A stretch of DNA of 62,847 bases, the filler included, from Babesia bigemina (Eukaryota), in NCBI RefSeq assembly GCF_000981445.1. It is 4 parts of 4 records of this genome, joined end to end, with 100 filler letters (N's around TTAATTAATTAA, not from the genome) between each part and the next. Parts side by side here need not be neighbours in the genome. Positions count along the whole stretch, not along the records: positions 39,795 to 60,531 come from NW_012237333.1; positions 60,632 to 62,847 come from NW_012237343.1; 2 more parts are not named here. One strand, given 5' to 3'. Numbering within the stretch: position 1 is the first letter of the stretch; the number at the start of each line of letters is the position of its first letter. Shown here piece after piece: positions 55,505 to 62,847 of the stretch. The notes below the pieces were generated by a model, which did not search any database, had not been told where the DNA came from, and was given only the letters and a program-made list of their open reading frames with translations. The translations under genes were made by a program, and so were the position numbers.

Positions 55505-56548
55505 GGTCAGCACCTTGGTCAGCACCTTGGTCAGGTGCTTGGTCATGGCATTGGTCAGCACTTTGGTCACCACTTTGGTCAGCACATTGGTCAGCACGTT
55601 GGTCGCCACTTTGGTCAGCACTCTGCTCATGGCATTGGTCAGCACATTGGTCACCACTCTTGTCAGCACATTGGTCAGCACCTTGGTCAGCATCTTGGTC
55701 AGGTGCTTGGTCATGGCATTGGTCAGCACTTTGGTCACCACTTTGGTCAGCACATTGGTCAGCACGTTGGTCGCCACTTTGGTCAGCACTCTGCTCATGG
55801 CATTGGTCAGCACATTGGTCACCACTCTGGTCAGCACATTGGTCAGCACGTTGGTCGCCACTTTGGTCAGCACTCTGCTCATGGCATTGGTCAGCACTTT
55901 GGTCACCACTTTGGTCAGCACATTGGTCAGCACGTTGGTCGCCACTTTGGTCAGCACTCTGCTCATGGCATTGGTCAGCACATTGGTCACCACTCTGGTC
56001 AGCACATTGGTCAGCACCTTGGTCAGCATCTTGGTCAGGTGCTTGGTCATGGCATTGGTCAGCACTTTGGTCACCACTTTGGTCAGCACATTGGTCAGCA
56101 CGTTGGTCGCCACTTTGGTCAGCACTCTGCTCATGGCATTGGTCAGCACATTGGTCACCACTCTGGTCAGCACATTGGTCAGCACCTTGGTCAGCATCTT
56201 GGTCAGCACGTTGGTCAACACGTTGGTCAGCACGTTGGTCAACACGTTGGTCACCACATTGGTCAACACTTTAGCTACAGCATTGGTCAGCACGTTGGTC
56301 AGCACATTGGTCAGCACGTTGGTCGCCACTTTGGTCAGCACTCTGGTCATGGCATTGGTCAGCACATTGGTCAGCACATTGGTCACCACTCTGGTCAGCA
56401 CATTGGTCAGCACCTTGGTCAACACTTTGGTCACCACTCTGGTCAGTTGCTATGGTCACCTCGTTGGTCAATGCATTGGTCAGCACATTGGTCACCACTC
56501 TGGTCATGGCGTTGGTCAGCACGTCGGTCAACACGTTGGTCAGCACTT
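55505..56548 (-). repeat. Long 12-bp array with 168-bp higher-order structure
   Basis: TTGGTCAGCAC units; variant CAGGTGCTTGG recurs at ~55532, 55700 and 56036. Confidence 0.95.
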
Positions 56549-56673
56549 TAGTTAACTACTACACAATCACATACAACGATTAATGAGTGATACAGAACAT
56601 TAGACAACAATTAGTTGTATAGGTGAGTAGGTGATATGCTAGGTGAGTGTAGATAGTGAACACGTGAGTACGA

Positions 56674-59493
56674 TTAAGGCTGCAGATAAAACACCCTGTT
56701 AAGCTTGTTAACACGTGCAGCGGCGAGTAGTGATTGAGCAGCTATACGATGACTCGAGGGACTATGCAAATGCGATTTGATGTGGAGCAGGTCGAGGCGG
56801 ATGACCATGATGTGGATGAGGTACAACAGAGACAGGAGCCAGAGGGCTACGGTGGTCCAGAAGAAGGGAGCGCGGATGGTGAATATGAATTCGTCGCACT
56901 CGTTGAACAGGTCAGTGAAATATGATGATTTTAAAACATTCATTAATTGAGTACGCAATTGGAAACATGTGTTTTTGTGTACCTTCAGGTTTCCAGCGTT
57001 GCCGAATACGAAGCCGTATTTGTAAAGGGTAGGGGACACACCTCCGCAGTCTACAACAGTGGAACATTTGCACGACTTGTCCAAAATGCCATGCTCTCCA
57101 GGCTTGCAGGTATCGCTGTTCAAACACGACCGGCATCCCCAGTTCTTGCATACAATATCACAGAATTCGTCGTAAAGACTTCTTAGATAGTTCCATAGGT
57201 TCCATGGTAGGTACACTGCCCAGGAAAGGTATGTGCCAGCATGCTTTCTACGGCGGTAGGTACAGTAATCGCTGCATAGTGAGTAGAGGAACGGAGCGCA
57301 GTACACTCCTGCATCCGCGCATATTCCATCACGTGTAAGGTTCATGAGATGTTGACTGCAATCGGAATGTCTAATTGACGTCGCGCCATATGCGTTTGTC
57401 ACAGCTTGCGTAAGTTTGGATGGATCGGAATACAGCTTCATAGACACACTTTTCATGGCGCCTTTGAACTTATCATTAACGGTTTCCATGCTATTGCTTT
57501 GCGTCGTGTAGCTATCATTAAGGTTCTTAGCAAGAGACAAAGCAAAACCGAAGTGTTCTGGTAACGATGAAGGCGTCTTTGTATTGAGGCAGAATATGTC
57601 TTTGAAATGGTGTATATTGAACCATTTATCAAGGACGTCACATATGTCTGTACCTGCACGTTTGCTTCCTGAAAAACCTTTGAAACCTAGGGGAGTCAAG
57701 CAAGGCATTCCTGGTTTGCTAGCACTGCACGTGGAGCACTCAACTTTGCAACCTATTTTGGTCAGCTGATGCGGTAAATGACCCGGGAGACAGTCGTTTA
57801 GGTAGCTCATTAGTGGTGATTTTGCTTGGCAATTTGGTTCGCACTTTGCTTGACAATTTGACTCGCACTTAGGTTCTGACCTAGAATGCTCTTTGCACGG
57901 CCAGTTGGCTGTGGAGACGTCTCTACCGTAGTAACATTGGCGCCAACCATTGTACAATACGCTTACGCCGCACTGCCGCTGCAAGAATTTAAGCGGTAAG
58001 AACAATCGACGCAGAATGTCGAGCAACATGTCAAGACAATCGCTACCGTTTTGCGGATAATGCAATCTTATGGCGTTGTTGCAAAAGTCACTGCCATAGA
58101 CCGTTTCAGCGTCTCCAGTGCCAGCGATACACGTTATTACATCATATGATCGAGAGCACAGGTATTCTATCAGCGTATCGATATCGCTGTATGTTGTCCT
58201 TTTGGGGTAGGTATCAATGTATAGCGACGTGTGGTCATAGAAGTCTATGTCGATGTCGTCATCCTTATCCGTCGTTGGCTTATCTGACTGCATCAATGAC
58301 GGTAGAGCGTCAGCGCGCAACGACAAATATGCCGGATTATGCGGGAGTCCGGTCAGCCAACAGAGCATTTCGTAGACTGAACATGGGTGCCTTTTAGATG
58401 TTAATGTGGATAGGTGGCATACGTCGTTGTAGTTGTTGAGGTGAGTTGCAATACTTTCGGTGATATCAATAAGTTTGTACGTACCGGATGTGCTTGCAGT
58501 GGTTGCTACAAGCTTACTGAATATTACTCCACCAGTGACACCTGTCTTACATTGCGATTCGCCGTCCTTGGATGTCTCTTTCTTGGCGACTGTGTAACCA
58601 CATCGTTTAAGGTATAAACCGAGCGGATTGTCTTTCTCCTTTTGTGTTTCGCAAAGTTTGTTATCTTTCCAGTAATGCTCGCACTCGAAATGCAATTTGT
58701 GAAGATCGTCGTAAATAGTGTTCATGATGGTCAAAAATACCTTCGACAAATTTCGGCCGTCATCCGTCAATTTCTTGTCGTTATTACTTCCATCTATAAC
58801 TAATTTATCAATATTAATGCTCTCCTCATGCCCATCATACCCGTTCACATACACCCGCTCCATCTGCTCGACAAACCCCTCCAGCCCCGCTCTGACCGCA
58901 TCGAGCAGCTCCGGGTGCCGGGGGTTGGCGAAGTGGGAGGGGGTGAGGAGGTGGAGGGAGGAGGAGAGGGTGGTGAGGAGGGAGGTGAATTTATTATCAT
59001 AGAGGTATTTTCTATCATCAGGGACATTTTTAAGATGGTTAAGAAGGTCATCCAATTTTTGTTGAACTTTGGCAAGATTGTCGGCATAATGATGTGGATC
59101 CCTGTCGCCGACTTGAACTGGTGGATTTCTTTGTAGCATGATTTCTTTATGTTCTCTTTTGATTTCTTGGACAATGTATTCGTTGATTGGCTTCCAAAAT
59201 GAGTTGAAATTTTCAGACAACTTTTTGAACGCCTCTTTCTTCTGCTCACCGGTGCCAGATGGCAAATTTGCAAGTTCGCTAAGTTTCTTAATATTTTCTT
59301 TCCCAGTAATTTTAGCTGACGTACTACCATCCTCCAACGTCTTCATCAACCCCTTGAACCCGATCGTCAAATCCCTGTCAATCTCCGCCGGCAACTCCCG
59401 CAACTCCTGGCCGACCTTGTCCGCGAACGCGGTGAGGAGCGCCTTGACGGAGGAGACGTAGTTGCGGCGGGCGGCGGTGGTGAGGGTGGAGAG
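56674..59493 (-). CDS. ves1: Half-length VESA1-like cassette, copy 9 (second Cys-domain subtype, tail type B)
   Basis: Begins at the same LSTLTTAARRNYVSSVK point as copy 3; 909-aa ORF with TM and tail. Confidence 0.8.
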   Translation of the reverse strand, partial: LSTLTTAARRNYVSSVKALLTAFADKVGQELRELPAEIDRDLTIGFKGLMKTLEDGSTSAKITGKENIKKLSELANLPSGTGEQKKEAFKKLSENFNSFWKPINEYIVQEIKREHKEIMLQRNPPVQVGDRDPHHYADNLAKVQQKLDDLLNHLKNVPDDRKYLYDNKFTSLLTTLSSSLHLLTPSHFANPRHPELLDAVRAGLEGFVEQMERVYVNGYDGHEESINIDKLVIDGSNNDKKLTDDGRNLSKVFLTIMNTIYDDLHKLHFECEHYWKDNKLCETQKEKDNPLGLYLKRCGYTVAKKETSKDGESQCKTGVTGGVIFSKLVATTASTSGTYKLIDITESIATHLNNYNDVCHLSTLTSKRHPCSVYEMLCWLTGLPHNPAYLSLRADALPSLMQSDKPTTDKDDDIDIDFYDHTSLYIDTYPKRTTYSDIDTLIEYLCSRSYDVITCIAGTGDAETVYGSDFCNNAIRLHYPQNGSDCLDMLLDILRRLFLPLKFLQRQCGVSVLYNGWRQCYYGRDVSTANWPCKEHSRSEPKCESNCQAKCEPNCQAKSPLMSYLNDCLPGHLPHQLTKIGCKVECSTCSASKPGMPCLTPLGFKGFSGSKRAGTDICDVLDKWFNIHHFKDIFCLNTKTPSSLPEHFGFALSLAKNLNDSYTTQSNSMETVNDKFKGAMKSVSMKLYSDPSKLTQAVTNAYGATSIRHSDCSQHLMNLTRDGICADAGVYCAPFLYSLCSDYCTYRRRKHAGTYLSWAVYLPWNLWNYLRSLYDEFCDIVCKNWGCRSCLNSDTCKPGEHGILDKSCKCSTVVDCGGVSPTLYKYGFVFGNAGNLKVHKNTCFQLRTQLMNVLKSSYFTDLFNECDEFIFTIRAPFFWTTVALWLLSLLYLIHIMVIRLDLLHIKSHLHSPSSHRIAAQSLLAAARVNKLNRVFYLQP

Positions 59494-59494
59494 G

Positions 59495-60115
59495 GAAGGG
59501 AGGAAAGTGAAGGAGATTAAGGTAGCAAAAATTTGGTCAAGTTCGGTTAAGGTAATTATTTGGAGGCGATTTAGGCAATTTTCAGGGGTCGAAGAAACAT
59601 TGCAAAATTAGGTGACAGGGCCACCGGGGAGGTTAAGGAAGGTGAAGAGGGAGGAGAGGGAAGTGATGGAAATTAAGATGACAAAAATTTGGTCAAGTTT
59701 GGTTAAGGTAATTTTTTGGAGGCGATTTAGGCAATTTTTAGGGGTCGAAGAAATATTGCAAAATTAGGTGAAAGGGCAGTCAGGGAGGTAAAGGGAGGTG
59801 GAGAGGGAAGTGAGAAAAGTGATGGAGATTAAGATAACCAAAATTTGGTCAACTTCGGTTAAGTTAAATTTATTGAGGCGATTTAGGCACTTTTTAGGGG
59901 TCGATGAAATTTTGCAAAATTAAGTGACAGGGCCACCGGGGAGGTTAAGGAAGGTGAAGAGGGAGGAGAGGGAAGTGATGGAAATTAAGATGACAAAAAT
60001 TTGGTCAAGTTTGGTTAAGGTAATTTTTTGGAGACGATTTAGGCAATTTTTAGGGGACGATGAAATTTTGCAAAATTAGGTGACGGGGCAGTCAGAAAGG
60101 TTAATGGAGGTGATG
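59495..60115 (-). repeat. 4 x 156-bp tandem repeat
   Basis: TTTGGTCAA anchor at 59532, 59688, 59844 and 60000. Confidence 0.92.
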
Positions 60116-60141
60116 AAGGGGATGGTAAGTGTAATTAAAAA

Positions 60142-60531
60142 GGCGATGTAGAGTGGGTTAGGGAGCGGTGTAGAGTGGTTAAGGGGCGATGTAAGGTGGA
60201 TAAAGGGGCGATGTAGAGTGGGTAAAGGGGCGATGTAGAGTGGGTAGAGGAGCGATGTAGGGTGGATTAAGGGGCGATGTAGAGTGGGTTAAGGAGCGAT
60301 GTAGAGTGGATAAAGGGGCGATGTAGAGTGGATAAAGGGGCGATGTGGAGTGGGTAAGGGAGCGATGTAGAGTGGATAAGGAGCGATGTGGAGTGGATAA
60401 AGGGGCGATGTAGAGTGGATAAGGGAGCCATGTAAGTGGGTAAAAGAGCGATGTGGAGTGGGTTAAGGGGCGATGTAGAGTGGATTAGGGACCGAAGTAG
60501 AGGGGGTAAAGGGGCCATTAAAAGTGGGTAA
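60142..60531 (-). repeat. 22-23-bp satellite, reverse orientation
   Basis: Upstream of the 156-bp array and ves copy 9. Confidence 0.95.
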
Positions 60532-60631
60532 NNNNNNNNNNNNNNNNNNNNNNNNNNNNNNNNNNNNNNNNNNNNTTAATTAATTAANNNNNNNNNNNNN
60601 NNNNNNNNNNNNNNNNNNNNNNNNNNNNNNN
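60532..60631. other. Artificial contig linker
   Basis: Same 100-bp linker. Confidence 0.98.
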
Positions 60632-62513
60632 CCCTTTACTCACTCTACATCGCCCCTTAACCCACTCCACATCGCCCCTTTATCCACTCTACATCGCCCC
60701 TTTATCCACTCTACATCGCTCCCTAACCCACTCTACATCGCTCCTTAACCCACTCTACATCGCCCCTTTACCCACTCCACATCGCTCCTTTATCCACTCC
60801 ACATCGCCACTTTATCCACCCTACATCGCCCCTTTATCCACTCTACATCGCTCCCTTATCCACTCTACATCGCCCCTTTAGCCACTCTACATCGCCCCTT
60901 AATCCACTCTACATCGCTCCTTTACCCACTCTACATCGCCCCTTTACCCACTCCACATCGCCCCTTACCCACTCTACATCGCCCCTTAACCCACTCTACA
61001 TCGCTCCCTAACCCACTCTACATCGCCCCTTTACCCAATCTACATCGCTCCTTTATCCACTCCACATCGCTCCTCTACCCACTCTACATCGCTCCTTTAC
61101 CAACTCTACATCGCTTCTTTACCCACTCTACATCGCTCCCTAACCCACTCTTCATCGCTCCCTTATCCACTCCACATGGCTCCCTAATCCACTCTTCATC
61201 GCCCCTTTAACCACTCCACATCGCCCCTTTATCCACTCCACATCGCCCCTTTATCCACTCTACATCGCCCCTTTGTCCACTCTACATCGCTCCCTAACCC
61301 ACTCTACATCGCTCCTTACCTCCTCTTCATCGCCCCTTTACTCACTCTTCATCGCCCCTTAACCCACTCTTCATCGCCCCTTAACCCACTCTACATCGCC
61401 CCTTAACCCACTCTACATCGCTCCTTTATCCACTCTACATCGCTCCTTAACCCACTCTACATCGCTCCTTTATCCACTCTACATCGCTCCTTAACCCACT
61501 CTACATCGCTCCTTTACCCACTCTACATCGCTCCCTAATCCACTCTACATCGCCCCTTTACTCACTCTACATCGCTCCTTACCTCCTCTTCATCGCCCCT
61601 TAACCCACTCTACATCGCTCCCTAACCCACTCTACATCGCTCCCTAACCCACTCTACACCGCTCCCTAACCCACCCTACATCGCCCCTTTACCCACTCCA
61701 CATCGCTCCTTTACCCACTCTACATCGCTCCCTAACCCACTCTTCATCGCTCCTTCATCCACTCCACATCGCTCCTTCATCCACTCTACATCGCCCCTTA
61801 ACCACTCTACATCGCTCCCTAATCCACTCTACATCGCTCCCTAACCCACTCTACATCGCTCCCTCATCCACTCTACATCGCCCCTTAGCCCACTCTACAT
61901 CGCTCCCTAACCCACTCTACATCGCTCCCTTATCCACTCCACATCGCCCCTTTATCCACTCTACATCGCTCCCTAACCCACCCTTCATCGCTCCTTTACC
62001 CACTCTACATCGCCCCTTTATCCACTCTACATCGCCCCTTTATCCACTCTACATCGCCCCTTTATCCACTCTACATCGCCCCTTTACCCACTCCACATCG
62101 CCCCTAATCCACTCTACATCGCTCCTTTGTCCACTCTACATCGCCCCTTTACCCACTCTACATCGCTCCTTTACCCACTCTACATCGCTCCTCTATCCAC
62201 CTTACATCGCCCCTTTATCCACTCTACATCGCCCCTTTACCCACTCCACATCGCCCCTTAACCCACTCTACATCGCTCCTTAACCCACTCCACATCGCCC
62301 CTTAACCACTCTACATCGCTCCTTTACCCACTCTACATCGCCCCTTAACCCACTCTACATCGCTCCCTAACCCACTCCACATCGCCCCTTAACCCACTCT
62401 ACATCGCCCCTTAACCCACTCTACATCGCCCCTTATCCACTCTACATCGCCCCTTTATCCACCCTACATCGCCCCTTTATCCACTCTACATCGCCCCTTT
62501 ATCCATTCTACAT
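60632..62513 (+). repeat. 22-23-bp satellite
   Basis: Upstream of ves copy 10. Confidence 0.97.
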
Positions 62514-62542
62514 CCTTTGAATCACCTCGCCATAATACCCCT

Positions 62543-62847
62543 ATGACCTCTATAAACCATCCTAATAACTTGTGCCTTGTCACCCTTCACTTTCCTTCCT
62601 CCACCTCTTGCCACTGCCCTGACCATGTGCCGCCTAGGGAGCTTGACCAGAAATTTGATGAAAATAAAAAGTGCGAAATTACCTCAAATAACAACCCTAC
62701 TAACATCCTTAATAACCTCTGCACTGGCCTCGAAACTTTCCTCGGTTTCTCCTCTGACTCCAAAGGCTACACTGGCTCTGGGATTGTCTACTCCGACCTG
62801 GACAGGCTGTGTGACGGGGTGATGGGATTTTTGCATGGTGTGCTCAG
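62543..62847 (+). CDS. ves1: VESA1-like antigen, copy 10, 5' fragment running off the window
   Basis: Hand translation from ATG 62543: MTSINHPNNLCLVTLHFPSSTSCHCPDHVPPRELDQKF...GIVYSDLDRLCDGVMGFLHGVL, no stop. Confidence 0.75.
   Translation, partial: MTSINHPNNLCLVTLHFPSSTSCHCPDHVPPRELDQKFDENKKCEITSNNNPTNILNNLCTGLETFLGFSSDSKGYTGSGIVYSDLDRLCDGVMGFLHGVL

Noticed and set aside
55469..56555. 260-350-aa ORFs in several frames (VLTN, GQH, WSA repeats)
   Set aside because: By-products of a stop-poor 12-bp repeat; length is not conserved among arrays.
39695..60631. Apparent 21-kb inversion with convergent and divergent ves pairs
   Set aside because: Both strand switches coincide with linkers, so contig orientation is arbitrary.

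Overview
Eukaryotic, piroplasmid-type DNA, most consistent with Babesia sensu stricto (B. bigemina/B. ovata-like; judged from protein motifs, no search run). The window is four contigs joined by artificial 100-bp N/TTAATTAATTAA linkers. It is a variant-antigen locus with ten ves/VESA1-like reading frames (six reach their stop codon, four are cut by gaps or the window end), head-to-tail within each contig. None has a clean, conserved 5' end. Each begins directly after a C-rich 22-23-bp satellite, usually via a conserved ~60-bp junction element; two half-length copies enter via a 156-bp repeat instead. Intergenic DNA follows a fixed grammar: ves 3' flank > optional unit [24-bp array > conserved promoter-like block > tandem 76-bp exon/intron units > small Cys-rich TM gene > tandem micro-TM modules] > 12-bp array > 20-bp array > 22-bp array > junction > next ves. 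The most interesting reading is an archive of 5'-less, mosaic antigen cassettes with dedicated repeat handles, interleaved with a small-membrane-protein cassette system. That is a hypothesis from architecture, not a demonstrated mechanism.
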